Shown here: one piece after another, positions 8,815 to 18,695 of the stretch | How positions within the stretch are numbered: the first letter of the stretch is position 1 | Layout: the number at the start of each line of letters is the position of its first letter | From: Bacteroidales bacterium | Lineage (GTDB): Bacteria; Bacteroidota; Bacteroidia; Bacteroidales; FEN-979 | Direction: 5' to 3' | DNA length: 64,000 bases | NCBI GenBank assembly: GCA_023231005.1 | Contig: JALNWG010000014.1 | Span: 9,007-73,006 of the forward strand | Notes under the pieces: model-generated | What the model saw: the letters and a program-made list of their open reading frames with translations, nothing else | Told to the model about the DNA's origin: nothing | Database searches by the model: none | Made by a program: the position numbers and the translations under genes

Positions 8815-9427
8815 TGGCAATCGGCTGATTGAGTTTTTTATTTTTAAAGTTGATTTTTGTAACATCGCCACCGGGTTCATTCATTTCAATTCCATTGACA
8901 GAAAAATCCTTTCGGTCAAAAAAAATAATGATTTCAGAAAGGGAGGTTTTTAATTTCTGTGACAAAGGTTTTAGTTTGACAATATAATCCTGTGGTTGTT
9001 CAAAAAATGAAACCTGAAAATTTGTTTCATCCTGTAATAAAGTACCCTGTATGCTTCCGATGATGATCCGGTTTATTTCGAGAAAGACCTTATTTGACTG
9101 AAGATTGAATTGATTCACTTTTTTATCATCTTTGATTAAGATATGATCGTTGTTAATGATAATGAGGTAGGAAAAGGGGTGAAGATATTCCCATCGAAGC
9201 ATTTTTTCCTTTTTAAAAAGGAACTTACCCTCCGACCGAATCGATTCGTTCAACATATTCATTGATTTCACCTGTACAAAATCGCTGGTGATGGTTTGTG
9301 TTTTTTGTGAAGCATCTCTAACACTTTCTTTTAATGAAGCGATGGCAGCAGGTTTAAGCGGTTTTTGCTGAGAAAAAGCACAAAAAGTAAGAATACAAAA
9401 AACAGATAGCAATCCGTATCTACGCAT
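8792..9427 (-). CDS. LolA-like outer-membrane lipoprotein carrier family protein
   Basis: Signal peptide, ~210 aa. QKTQTITSDFVQ and MLRWEY segments are typical of LolA-like proteins in aryl-polyene clusters. Confidence 0.6.
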   Translation of the reverse strand: MRRYGLLSVFCILTFCAFSQQKPLKPAAIASLKESVRDASQKTQTITSDFVQVKSMNMLNESIRSEGKFLFKKEKMLRWEYLHPFSYLIIINNDHILIKDDKKVNQFNLQSNKVFLEINRIIIGSIQGTLLQDETNFQVSFFEQPQDYIVKLKPLSQKLKTSLSEIIIFFDRKDFSVNGIEMNEPGGDVTKINFKNKKLNQPIANEKFILR

Positions 9428-10220
9428 AGGCTTTCATTTTTAATAACTGATCGAGTGGAACAATCATAAATCCTTTTCTATTGATATTCTGAATTAGTGC
9501 CTCCAGATTTTGTTGAATGAAAGTAGTATGGTCATGCACCAGAATAATTCCTCCTGGTTTTAAAAGGGAGATGATTTTATTCATGGTTTTGGAGGAGTTG
9601 AGGTTCAGGGTATCCATCGACCATATATTCCAGCAAATAACCTCCCAATGCATTTTTCTAAGGGTTTTACTCACCATGGGATTGATCACGCCATAAGGTG
9701 GGCGAAAAAAAAGCGGGGATTTTCCAGTTACATCTCTTATTAGCTGATCGGTTTTCAACAATTCAGCTTTCATTTTATAAGCGGGAATAAAATCGAACCA
9801 TTTGGAATGGCTGAACGAATGATTTCCAATAATATGACCTTCTTCATGGATTCTGGTTGCCAGTTCCATATTGGCTTGGATATTTTTACCAGGACAAAAA
9901 AAAGTCGCTTTCAGGTTGTATTTTTTTAAAATTTCCAGAATAAACGGAGTCTTTTCAGGGTTAGGGCCGTCGTCAAAAGTGAGCGAAACCCAAGGTTGGT
10001 CAGTATTCCCACTGCTTATTACAGGATAATGAAAATTAGAACGCGGGACAAAGGCCATGGCAACGGAAACCCCAAAATAGATGACAAATACGAGAAAATA
10101 GCATAAAAGCAGATGGGAACAAAGAAAGCAATCAGGTTGATGACAAGCAAAGAAACTCCAGAGGTTTAAGACGAGAAGCAGAATAAAGAAGATGACAGTG
10201 AACCGCTTAAAAGTAAACAT
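9420..10220 (-). CDS. polysaccharide deacetylase (NodB-type) with N-terminal membrane anchor
   Basis: TFDDGP and HSFSH NodB motifs. Two N-terminal hydrophobic helices. Confidence 0.8.
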   Translation of the reverse strand: MFTFKRFTVIFFILLLVLNLWSFFACHQPDCFLCSHLLLCYFLVFVIYFGVSVAMAFVPRSNFHYPVISSGNTDQPWVSLTFDDGPNPEKTPFILEILKKYNLKATFFCPGKNIQANMELATRIHEEGHIIGNHSFSHSKWFDFIPAYKMKAELLKTDQLIRDVTGKSPLFFRPPYGVINPMVSKTLRKMHWEVICWNIWSMDTLNLNSSKTMNKIISLLKPGGIILVHDHTTFIQQNLEALIQNINRKGFMIVPLDQLLKMKAYA

Positions 10221-11312
10221 CTACGGGTGACTAATTAAGATAAACGAATGATTTATTGCCTGATAGTGATTATAGATAAGAATATGTCTGATTTTTTCAG
10301 GGACATGGTTAAGACGCACCGGAGTTGGAATGTTTTGGGTCTTCATGATCATCGATGCAAGCCAGAGTGCAAAAGAAGAAACAGTTTGATATTCTCCGCA
10401 AAGGTGTTTAAAAAAACCGAGGGAGGTATTTTGAAAACATTTTTCAACCAGTTCATGGTAAACCCGGTCTTTCATTGAATCACCATTCAATCCCAGCAAT
10501 AAAAGATCAACATTACGTTCTGATAGATTGTGTAATTCAAGGAAGGCTTTTACTTTTTCGCTGAGTTCACAGGTTGAGGATGGGTTAAGAACCATGAGTA
10601 CACCTTTTAGCTCTGCATAAGTCCCACTGTTTTTAGTGTTCTCTAAAAAAACAAAAGAAGCACCTTCGCCGGCTATGGATCCACGCTGCCGGTCAAGCAA
10701 CAGATCCTGTGTATTGATTGGTTTTCGTTTCCAATGTCCCAATCTTGAGGTGATGGCAAAAGAGTTCTGAGTAAGTTCATCAGTTCCACCAACTAATGCA
10801 TTTGAGAATTCCTCCATATTAATTTGTGTGATGGCATCGAGCAGTGCGCTTTCGAAAGAGAATCCACGATGAACAAATGTAAAATTATGACCATGGCACT
10901 TGAGCAGAAGGGCAATTTGTCCAGCTACCGTATTGTGAGTCGATTGAATAAAGGAGGTAGGAGTAAGGAATTCCTCCTTATTACGGATCATGTTGGTTAA
11001 GAATTTTTCAGTGTCTTCTATACATCCCAGGCCGGTTCCCGTAACAATCGCATCCGGTGAAAGAAAGGTTCCATCCGGGTTGCATTGTTTGGCATCCTGC
11101 AAACAAATTTTTGCCGCAGTTATACCCATTTTTATGATTCGCCCCATGCGTCGGAAAAGATCCGAAGGAATGTACTGTTTAAAACCCGGATCAATACATT
11201 TAAGCTGATTGGTTTCAAAAAAGAATGGTTCTTGGAGAAAATGGCCCGAATCGGTTGTTTTTTGTGGAGAAACATTTCCCAATCCGTTGATGTAAATGTG
11301 TTTGTTTGTCAT
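10221..11312 (-). CDS. Cys-less ketosynthase partner (chain-length-factor-like)
   Basis: Thiolase-fold length. STHNTVAGQ replaces the STAC(S/A)S active-site segment. Paralog of 12579-13640. Confidence 0.7.
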   Translation of the reverse strand: MTNKHIYINGLGNVSPQKTTDSGHFLQEPFFFETNQLKCIDPGFKQYIPSDLFRRMGRIIKMGITAAKICLQDAKQCNPDGTFLSPDAIVTGTGLGCIEDTEKFLTNMIRNKEEFLTPTSFIQSTHNTVAGQIALLLKCHGHNFTFVHRGFSFESALLDAITQINMEEFSNALVGGTDELTQNSFAITSRLGHWKRKPINTQDLLLDRQRGSIAGEGASFVFLENTKNSGTYAELKGVLMVLNPSSTCELSEKVKAFLELHNLSERNVDLLLLGLNGDSMKDRVYHELVEKCFQNTSLGFFKHLCGEYQTVSSFALWLASMIMKTQNIPTPVRLNHVPEKIRHILIYNHYQAINHSFILISHP

Positions 11313-11318
11313 TGTATC

Positions 11319-12524
11319 TCAGACTTTGGAAAGGATCACACTGGAGTTATTTCCTCCGAAACCAAATGAGTTTGATAATATATGGCGAAGTTCGATATTC
11401 CTGATTGTTTTTCGGACCGGTTGAATTTTCAACTCTTTCATGGGAGTGGAAAAATTAAGATTCGGGAAAATTACGCGGTTTCTGATAGAAAGAATCGAGA
11501 TTACTGCTTCCACAGCGCCGGCTGCACCGAGTGTATGGCCGGTAAATGCTTTGGTAGAACTGAATGGAGGTACCTGATCCCCAAATATTCTTTCCATGGC
11601 TATCCCTTCAGAAAGATCGTTGTTTTCTGTGCCTGTTCCATGAACATTGATATAATCGATTTCCGCTGGTTTAAGTCCGCTCATTTTCAGCGCTTTCGAC
11701 ATGGCAAGAAAAGCACCAGTACCATCCGGTGAAGAGGCTGTTTGGTGAAAGGCATCGTTGGCATTTCCGTATCCCAATATTTCAGCAAGGATTTTCTTTT
11801 GTTCTTTATGAACGATTTCTTCGGATTCCAGGACAAGGAAGGCAGCGCCTTCGCCCAAAGTCAAACCGGCGCGATGTTCATCAAAGGGGTGACAGCCATT
11901 TTTATCAAGAATCATTAAGGTATTGAAACCATTTAAGGTAAATCGAGTTAAAGCGTCATTTCCGCCTACTAAAACCCGATCTAATTGCCCCGATTTGATC
12001 AGATTTGAGCCGAACATGATGGCGTTTACCGAAGAGGAACATGCCGTGCTAATGGTCGTTACAAAATCGGTGATATGGAGATTTGAAGCAATCCGTTCCG
12101 TACTATCTGCACAATCATGATTTACGATGTTGATCATCCTGCCTTTTTGAGGGGACTCCAGAAATTCAGCATAGAAATTTTCGCTTAGGTCCATTCCTCC
12201 AACGGTTGTGGCAGAAACCAAACCGGTTCTGTGTTTTTGAATATCGGTGATTCCGGACGATCCAAGCGCTTCTTTTGCAGCTTTGATTCCCAACAATGCA
12301 GTTCTTGTAAGGTTTTTTGCGCCCTTGTGTCCAATTTCATCAAGCAATTGGTTGGTAGTCAGTTTAACCTCGGCCAGGGGCAGGATCCCTTTGTGTATTG
12401 ATGAGAAAAGTGTAATCTCTCCGATACCCGATTTTTCTGCAAGCAGTGATGTCAGTGTTTCGTCCACATTGTTCCCAATGGCACAAACAACTCCAATTCC
12501 CGTGACATAAACCCGTTTTGACAT
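11319..12524 (-). CDS. beta-ketoacyl-ACP synthase
   Basis: ISTACSSSVNAI active-site Cys, HGTGT, GHTLGAAG, SNSFGFGGNN. Confidence 0.9.
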   Translation of the reverse strand: MSKRVYVTGIGVVCAIGNNVDETLTSLLAEKSGIGEITLFSSIHKGILPLAEVKLTTNQLLDEIGHKGAKNLTRTALLGIKAAKEALGSSGITDIQKHRTGLVSATTVGGMDLSENFYAEFLESPQKGRMINIVNHDCADSTERIASNLHITDFVTTISTACSSSVNAIMFGSNLIKSGQLDRVLVGGNDALTRFTLNGFNTLMILDKNGCHPFDEHRAGLTLGEGAAFLVLESEEIVHKEQKKILAEILGYGNANDAFHQTASSPDGTGAFLAMSKALKMSGLKPAEIDYINVHGTGTENNDLSEGIAMERIFGDQVPPFSSTKAFTGHTLGAAGAVEAVISILSIRNRVIFPNLNFSTPMKELKIQPVRKTIRNIELRHILSNSFGFGGNNSSVILSKV

Positions 12525-12578
12525 TTGAGAAAAAATAAATGAAGCGGCAAAATTAACAGAAATAATACAATGGAAAAA

Positions 12579-13640
12579 TCAGGATATTGCCCGGACCAAC
12601 ATCAGTGCGTGATTTATATTTCGGAGTTGATTATAAATAAGGATATTTTTCCATGAGGAAGGTTGTAAATCATTCAGTTGCATGATTGGTGGATATTCTC
12701 TTCTTTTCAGGATGTTAGCGGCAGCGTAAAGTGCAAATCCGGTAGCTGTATAATATTCACCGCAAAGATGCTTGAACCAGGCTTGAGGAACTCCCGGAAA
12801 GAAATCATTAGACATCTGATAATAAACCGGATCATATTGAATATCACCGTTCACTCCTAAAATCAAAAGATCAATATTGGGACGGGATAAATTATTCTTT
12901 TCCAGGAAACGCTCAATAACATCAGGAATGGAAGTTGTTTGTTCAATATCGAAGAGGGTCAGTACATCCAGAAGTTCAGCATAACTTTCAGCGGTTTTTT
13001 CTTTTCCAAGAGTAAAAAAGGCAGCTCCTTCTCCAGCCAGGGCACCAGGGGTCTGATACTCCCTCACTTTGAGATTGTTTACGGGTTCCTTTTTCCATTG
13101 GCCAACTCTTCGGATAATTTGAAGATGGTTAAATGTCATTTCATCAATCCCACCCACCAGGATGTTCTGAGCCATTTCTTCTTCCATCAGCATCAATGCA
13201 TCGAGTAATCCATTTTCGAAAGAAAAATTACGATGGACATACGTGGAATTATAATTATGACATTTCAGTTGAATGGCAATCTGAGAGCTGATTGTATTGT
13301 ATGTAGATTGAATAAACGGAGTGGGATTCAGAAATTTTTCATCTTTCGAAATCTCTCCTAAAATTTTTTCAGTTTCCTCAACGCTTCCAAGCCCAGTTCC
13401 CGTAATGATTGCATCCGGCATATCACACCCAGCATCCATCAAACTGATTTTGGCTGAAGCGATCCCCATTTTGATGAGTCGGCTCATCCGTCTTGACTGG
13501 ATGGGATCGATGTATTTTTTATAGACCGGCTCGATGCATTTCAAAAAATCAGCCTGATATTCCATAATTTCCGTCAGAAACTCATGAGTGTCGACAGTTT
13601 TTTGTGGAGAGATAAGTCCGATTCCGTTGATATAAGGCAT
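12579..13640 (-). CDS. Cys-less ketosynthase partner (chain-length-factor-like)
   Basis: STYNTISSQ at the active-site position. Clear paralog of 10221-11312 (shared INGxGxxSPQKT and RRMxRxIKMGI). Confidence 0.7.
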   Translation of the reverse strand: MPYINGIGLISPQKTVDTHEFLTEIMEYQADFLKCIEPVYKKYIDPIQSRRMSRLIKMGIASAKISLMDAGCDMPDAIITGTGLGSVEETEKILGEISKDEKFLNPTPFIQSTYNTISSQIAIQLKCHNYNSTYVHRNFSFENGLLDALMLMEEEMAQNILVGGIDEMTFNHLQIIRRVGQWKKEPVNNLKVREYQTPGALAGEGAAFFTLGKEKTAESYAELLDVLTLFDIEQTTSIPDVIERFLEKNNLSRPNIDLLILGVNGDIQYDPVYYQMSNDFFPGVPQAWFKHLCGEYYTATGFALYAAANILKRREYPPIMQLNDLQPSSWKNILIYNQLRNINHALMLVRAIS

Positions 13641-13649
13641 GAAAAGTGA

Positions 13650-14858
13650 TTAAATGTTTGATGTTTTTTTAAAGATTAACGAGGTGTCGTTTCCGCCGAA
13701 ACCAAATGAATTCGACATGACGACATTAAGGTTAGCATTATTGATTAAGGTCTTCACGGGAGAAAAATGGAGTTCATTGATGGGTACTTCAAAATTCAGA
13801 TTTGGCCAGATCACCCGTTGCTGAATACAAAGTATCGATAGAATGGCTTCTATTGAGCCGGCGGCGCTGGTGGTATGTCCGGTAAAAGGTTTTGTTGAAC
13901 TGATTTTCGGAATTGAAGACCCGAATAAAGTTTCAATGGCCCGTCCTTCCGAAAGGTCATTATTATCGGTACCAGTTCCGTGGGCATTGATATAATCGAT
14001 TGATTCCGGCTTCATTCCGCATAGATCAAGCGCTTTTTTCATTGCCAGAAGTGCGCCGATACCATCGGGCGAAGAGGCTGTTTGATGGAATGCTTCACAT
14101 GCATTTCCCCATCCTGCAAGTTCACAAATGGGTTGGTTCCCGGTCTTTTTCAAAGCCGATTCCGATTCCAATACCAAATAGGCAGCACCTTCTCCTAAAT
14201 TGATCCCGGCTCTATGACGATCAAATGGTTTACAAGGTGATTTATCGAGGATTTTAAGGGCATTAAATCCATTCAGATGAAATTTTGTCAGTGCTTCACA
14301 TCCTCCGGCAATAACGCGATCGAGATGCCCTGTTTGGATCATTCGGGCTCCCAGCATCAATGCATTGGCAGCAGAAGAGCAAGCAGTGCTTATCGTTGTA
14401 ATAAAACCTTTAATCTTCAGAATCGAGGCAATTTTTTCAGTACTGTCGGCACAGTCATAAACATCGATGTATGAATTGCGGGAATCGTTGGTTAAAAAAT
14501 CATGATAGTATAAATCACAACGATCCATTCCTCCAACTGTGGTTGCAGATATTAGTCCGGTTTCTATTCCGGGATTTTCTAAAACACGGGCATGATCGTA
14601 GGCTTCCTTCGCTGCAATAATTCCCAATAATGCATTTCGGGAATAAGCGTCTGAAGGATTGATGTGAGCCAGATCGAAAAGCCCATCCAAATCAAAAGGG
14701 ACTTCTCCAACAAGGAGTTCATCTTTTAATATGGTCTTGATATAATGAATTTTTCCAAGGCCTGATTTAGTGGAAAGTAAGGAAGCAAGGTTCTCCTGAA
14801 GGTTGTTTCCCAGACATGAAATGATTCCTGTACCTGTAATAAAAATCCGCTGGGACAT
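13650..14858 (-). CDS. beta-ketoacyl-ACP synthase
   Basis: ISTACSSAANAL, HGTGT, GHTTSAAG, SNSFGFGGND. Paralog of 11319-12524. Confidence 0.9.
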   Translation of the reverse strand: MSQRIFITGTGIISCLGNNLQENLASLLSTKSGLGKIHYIKTILKDELLVGEVPFDLDGLFDLAHINPSDAYSRNALLGIIAAKEAYDHARVLENPGIETGLISATTVGGMDRCDLYYHDFLTNDSRNSYIDVYDCADSTEKIASILKIKGFITTISTACSSAANALMLGARMIQTGHLDRVIAGGCEALTKFHLNGFNALKILDKSPCKPFDRHRAGINLGEGAAYLVLESESALKKTGNQPICELAGWGNACEAFHQTASSPDGIGALLAMKKALDLCGMKPESIDYINAHGTGTDNNDLSEGRAIETLFGSSIPKISSTKPFTGHTTSAAGSIEAILSILCIQQRVIWPNLNFEVPINELHFSPVKTLINNANLNVVMSNSFGFGGNDTSLIFKKTSNI

Positions 14859-14864
14859 TCAGGT

Positions 14865-15119
14865 TTATTTTTTATGCTCGGTAATGTATTCGGCCATTGT
14901 CCGGATGGAATAAAATATTTTTTTCCCATCTTTCGGATCCTCAATCTTTATACCGTAGTTTTTTTCTAACAATACAATCAATTCCAAGGCATCAATCGAA
15001 TCCAATCCCAATCCTTCACCAAACAGAGGTGAATCGGGGTTTATATCATCTACTGTAATATCTTCGAGATTCAATTGTTCAATGACTTCTTTCTTCAATT
15101 TATTGATTAATTCTTCCAT
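14865..15119 (-). CDS. acyl carrier protein
   Basis: LGLDSIDALELI motif. The ORF-track start at 15143 is TTG. The first ATG (MEELINK) is at 15119, 10 nt after the upstream stop. Confidence 0.85.
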   Translation of the reverse strand: MEELINKLKKEVIEQLNLEDITVDDINPDSPLFGEGLGLDSIDALELIVLLEKNYGIKIEDPKDGKKIFYSIRTMAEYITEHKK

Positions 15120-15129
15120 AGTAGATTGT

Positions 15130-15780
15130 TCAGTTATGTTCAAATATTAAGTCCAGGTTAATTTGGTTAAAAGGCAATGGTCGAAATTTTGATATTTCGT
15201 CCGACATCGGTAAACCAGATTTCTCTATAAGCGTAATCAATGTTCTGTATTTACTCCCAAGTACTTCCACCCATCCGCACAAACATGCTTCCATCCCGCA
15301 ATTCTCAAATAACTGCCGGGTATAGTTATAAAGGAGTGTACTGTCGAAAGTTTCTGAAATCAGAAAAACATTTTCTCCTTTGATTTTATTTTTAATACAA
15401 ATCTCTCCAACCACAATATTCGGAAGGGTATATACAAATACTGAAGGGCTTGGAAAGTATTTCAATCGGTCTTTTATAGTATCGTAGTGAGCGATATCTG
15501 TATCCAGACTTGAACTTGAATTAGCCAAAACCACTCCAACCGAATCATTGCGGTATCCCGAGATTGTATTTTGTTTTAAAATCAAATCTGCTGCAAGAAA
15601 TCCAAGTTTACTGATGGAATCCATTTTGTAAAACTTGGGATAATTGATTTGTTCTTGTTTGTAGACTGATTTAATAAAGTCTGCAAAAGTAAGAAAATTT
15701 TCCTGATAATAGATTAGCCGGTCATTGACAATGACTTTATTTCCATGAATTTGGCAATATGCGGATATAATCAGGTCCAT
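15130..15780 (-). CDS. short KS-associated partner protein (truncated thiolase-like) of aryl-polyene clusters
   Basis: ~216 aa with no active-site Cys motif, immediately after a KS. An alternative ATG at 15810 would overlap the KS by 29 nt. Confidence 0.5.
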   Translation of the reverse strand: MDLIISAYCQIHGNKVIVNDRLIYYQENFLTFADFIKSVYKQEQINYPKFYKMDSISKLGFLAADLILKQNTISGYRNDSVGVVLANSSSSLDTDIAHYDTIKDRLKYFPSPSVFVYTLPNIVVGEICIKNKIKGENVFLISETFDSTLLYNYTRQLFENCGMEACLCGWVEVLGSKYRTLITLIEKSGLPMSDEISKFRPLPFNQINLDLIFEHN

Positions 15781-15781
15781 A

Positions 15782-16954
15782 TTAGGATTTCTGGTAGATA
15801 ATTGCAGCATTGCATCCTCCGAAACCAGAAGCCATTTTCAGTGCATGTTTCAATGGTTTGGTTTCACATTTTGTAATGACATTAATGGGCACTGGGACAC
15901 CACACTCATGGTAGCCGGCGGATACAAAAAGTTGATTGGTTTTCAAAGATTCAATTGCAGCCACTGATTCAATCAGGCCGGCCGCGCCCAAAGTATGACC
16001 CCAGTATCCTTTGAAACTGTTTACGGGAACCTTCGTAAGGTCACACCAGGCAATGGCTTTCGACTCCATTTCATCATTATAAGAAGTAGCAGTGCCATGA
16101 GCAGAAATATATTGAATATCGGCAGGTGTTAAGTTGGCGGCAGCCATCGCTTTTTTAATTGCTATTCCCAGCTCTTCACCTGTCCTGGATGGCCCAGAGA
16201 TATGGTTTGCATCGTTTGTCGTTGCTGCTCCTGCAATGGTGATCTGGTCTATTACCGAAGGTTTTGGAAAAGCAGAAAGAATCATTGCACCGGCACCTTC
16301 TCCCAGGGAGAGACCGGTACGGTGAAGGTCAAATGGCTTACAAGGAGCCGGACTGATTGCCTGAAATGACTGGAATCCTGTGATGACAAATTCTGAAGCG
16401 ATGTCCCCACCAGCTACTACAGCATGATCGACCAAACCCGATTGAATAAAGCGGGAAGCGGTTATCAGAGCGAGAATTCCTGAAATACAAGCATTGGAGA
16501 TAACCACAGGAGGAAGCGTAAATCCAAAAAAAGCACCAATAACACGGGCAAGTTCCCATAAAAAGATACGACGGTGATTAAACTGTGCTTTGTAACGTTC
16601 CTCCAACAAATCAATATTACCTTTGGTAGTAGAAAGAACAAATAAAGTTCGTTTATTCCAGAGGTTAATATTTGATGCAGAAAGAACATCTGAAATTGAA
16701 ACAAGGAGAATTTTTTCGAGTCGGGTATAAGAGACCGGAGCGGTATTTTTTTGATGTTTTTGAAGAACCTCAGAAAATCGCAGTTCCAGCTCAGGAGTAT
16801 TTACCCTTGATAATGTAATGGGCGATGGATATAAGGAAGGATCCTCAATCTGCTTCAGGCCTATCACATTATTTTGAATCGACCTAACATTTTCACTGGT
16901 ATTAAAACCCAATGAGGTAATGATATTATCAGCAGTGATATAGACAGGTCTCAT
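15782..16954 (-). CDS. beta-ketoacyl synthase (aryl-polyene type)
   Basis: SNACISGILAL active-site Cys, HGTAT, GHTLGAAG, C-terminal ASGFGGCNA. Confidence 0.85.
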   Translation of the reverse strand: MRPVYITADNIITSLGFNTSENVRSIQNNVIGLKQIEDPSLYPSPITLSRVNTPELELRFSEVLQKHQKNTAPVSYTRLEKILLVSISDVLSASNINLWNKRTLFVLSTTKGNIDLLEERYKAQFNHRRIFLWELARVIGAFFGFTLPPVVISNACISGILALITASRFIQSGLVDHAVVAGGDIASEFVITGFQSFQAISPAPCKPFDLHRTGLSLGEGAGAMILSAFPKPSVIDQITIAGAATTNDANHISGPSRTGEELGIAIKKAMAAANLTPADIQYISAHGTATSYNDEMESKAIAWCDLTKVPVNSFKGYWGHTLGAAGLIESVAAIESLKTNQLFVSAGYHECGVPVPINVITKCETKPLKHALKMASGFGGCNAAIIYQKS

Positions 16955-16957
16955 AGT

Positions 16958-17383
16958 TCATTCATCAATAATGCCCCAATGCTTTTTCCATCCCGTATAA
17001 AATTCGGGAGCAGTAAGTAATAATTCTCCGGTCTGGGTCAGGAATACCTGGATGGAACTACCGGTAGCCATGATCTCCATATCTGATTTCCGGAAAACGG
17101 TATATTCGAAAACAATTTTGGCTGAATCAGTAGGGATATATCGGGTTTCAATAATGGCGATATCGCCATATTGTAAAGGTCTTTTGAAATCACAGGAAAT
17201 TCTAACCAACGGAATCATAACCTGGTGTTTATAAACTTCGAGATACCCCAGATCATACTTGATCCCAAAGGATTCACGTCCATCTTCAAAGTATTTAATG
17301 TAATTTCCATGCCAAACAATCCGCATGGAATCAACCTCTGAAAACCTTACACTAATTTCTTTTCTATCGGTCAATTCCATCAT
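16958..17383 (-). CDS. thioesterase (4HBT hotdog fold)
   Basis: VRFSEVDSMRIVWHGNYIKYFEDGRE is typical of hotdog thioesterases. Confidence 0.7.
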   Translation of the reverse strand: MMELTDRKEISVRFSEVDSMRIVWHGNYIKYFEDGRESFGIKYDLGYLEVYKHQVMIPLVRISCDFKRPLQYGDIAIIETRYIPTDSAKIVFEYTVFRKSDMEIMATGSSIQVFLTQTGELLLTAPEFYTGWKKHWGIIDE

Positions 17384-18684
17384 TATTTATTCAAGGGATT
17401 TTTAATGGTACGAAATGCAAACGTGATTACTACAGAGACTATAAAGAAGAGGGATAATTTAAAAATCTGGGGAAGAATCTCCATCAGACCACCCGAACGG
17501 ATGAAAATGGTATAGTATCCGGTGAGAGCCCAGTTAAGGGGGCTAAACCCCGCCACAAGTTGCATTTTATCCGACATCAGATACATTGGCACAAAAAGTC
17601 CTCCTAGGGCGGCCATAATGATGATCGAAACAGCGCCAAAAGCAGCAGCTTGCTGATTGGTTGTTGCGATAGTGCCTACTAAAAGACCGTATCCCAACGC
17701 TGCCAGGGAAATAACAATGGTGACGACTGACAGCGCAAACAGATGATTACCAAGCACAAGGGGAACCGCATTAAACAAGGGGAGCAGGTAAATCCCGGTA
17801 AGAATCATCAGGATTGTTTGTAAGATACAAACGACAAGATAAACGGAAACCTTTGAAAATAAAAGTTTCATAAAGGAGACCGGTAAACTTTGTATTCTGA
17901 ACAAGCTGCCTTCTTGTCGTTCAGTCATCATGCTGTTTGTAAATGGAATGATGATAAAAAACATAGCAAATACGGCCCAGGAAGGGACATTATGCTGAGC
18001 TGTGTTTGGAATCTCTTCAGTTTTCTTAAAGGTTGGGAATACCTCTTTGAAATAAACCGATTCCTTGAAATTATGCTCAGGTGGCAGGTAATTTGGAAAT
18101 ATCCTGGACATTTCCTGGTTAAATGTTTGGAACACCATCTCAGTTTCAATTTTATAATTGAATTCCTTGATGTTGCTGAGAATGGCTGTCTGGAAGGATT
18201 TTTTGATGGTCGGATCAAAAAAAACCGTTACCGTATCCGCATTCTTCATCGGGATATTATTGATCAATAACGGATTGAACATCCCAAAACCAGATAAAGT
18301 CTGGGCCACCATCAGACTGACATTAGCGCGAATTGATTTGGTGATTCCCTTTGGAATTACAATCCCGATGAGATAGTCGCCCTGCTTTACAGCTTCCCGG
18401 ATAGATTTCTCAGTAACCCGGTTACCGTTCAGTGAATCGATAACTTCAAAAAAATTGGAATTTCGGAGACCTTTTCCGATTCTCAATCCTAAAGAATCTT
18501 TATCATTATCTAAAAAAAGTACTTTCATTCTTGATTCTCTGGTGATTGAACTATAGCCCACTTCCTGAAGTAATGACATGATTATGATCAGAACCATGGG
18601 CATGATAAAGAGGATAATTAATCCGGCTTTATCTCGGAGTAGCAACAGTAACTCTTTTCTGAATCCGGCAAAAAATTTAAACAT
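17383..18684 (-). CDS. ABC-2 type transporter permease
   Basis: N-terminal TM helix, a large loop, then 5 C-terminal TM helices. Follows the ABC ATPase gene. Confidence 0.8.
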   Translation of the reverse strand: MFKFFAGFRKELLLLLRDKAGLIILFIMPMVLIIIMSLLQEVGYSSITRESRMKVLFLDNDKDSLGLRIGKGLRNSNFFEVIDSLNGNRVTEKSIREAVKQGDYLIGIVIPKGITKSIRANVSLMVAQTLSGFGMFNPLLINNIPMKNADTVTVFFDPTIKKSFQTAILSNIKEFNYKIETEMVFQTFNQEMSRIFPNYLPPEHNFKESVYFKEVFPTFKKTEEIPNTAQHNVPSWAVFAMFFIIIPFTNSMMTERQEGSLFRIQSLPVSFMKLLFSKVSVYLVVCILQTILMILTGIYLLPLFNAVPLVLGNHLFALSVVTIVISLAALGYGLLVGTIATTNQQAAAFGAVSIIIMAALGGLFVPMYLMSDKMQLVAGFSPLNWALTGYYTIFIRSGGLMEILPQIFKLSLFFIVSVVITFAFRTIKNPLNK

Positions 18685-18695
18685 AGAATCTTACT

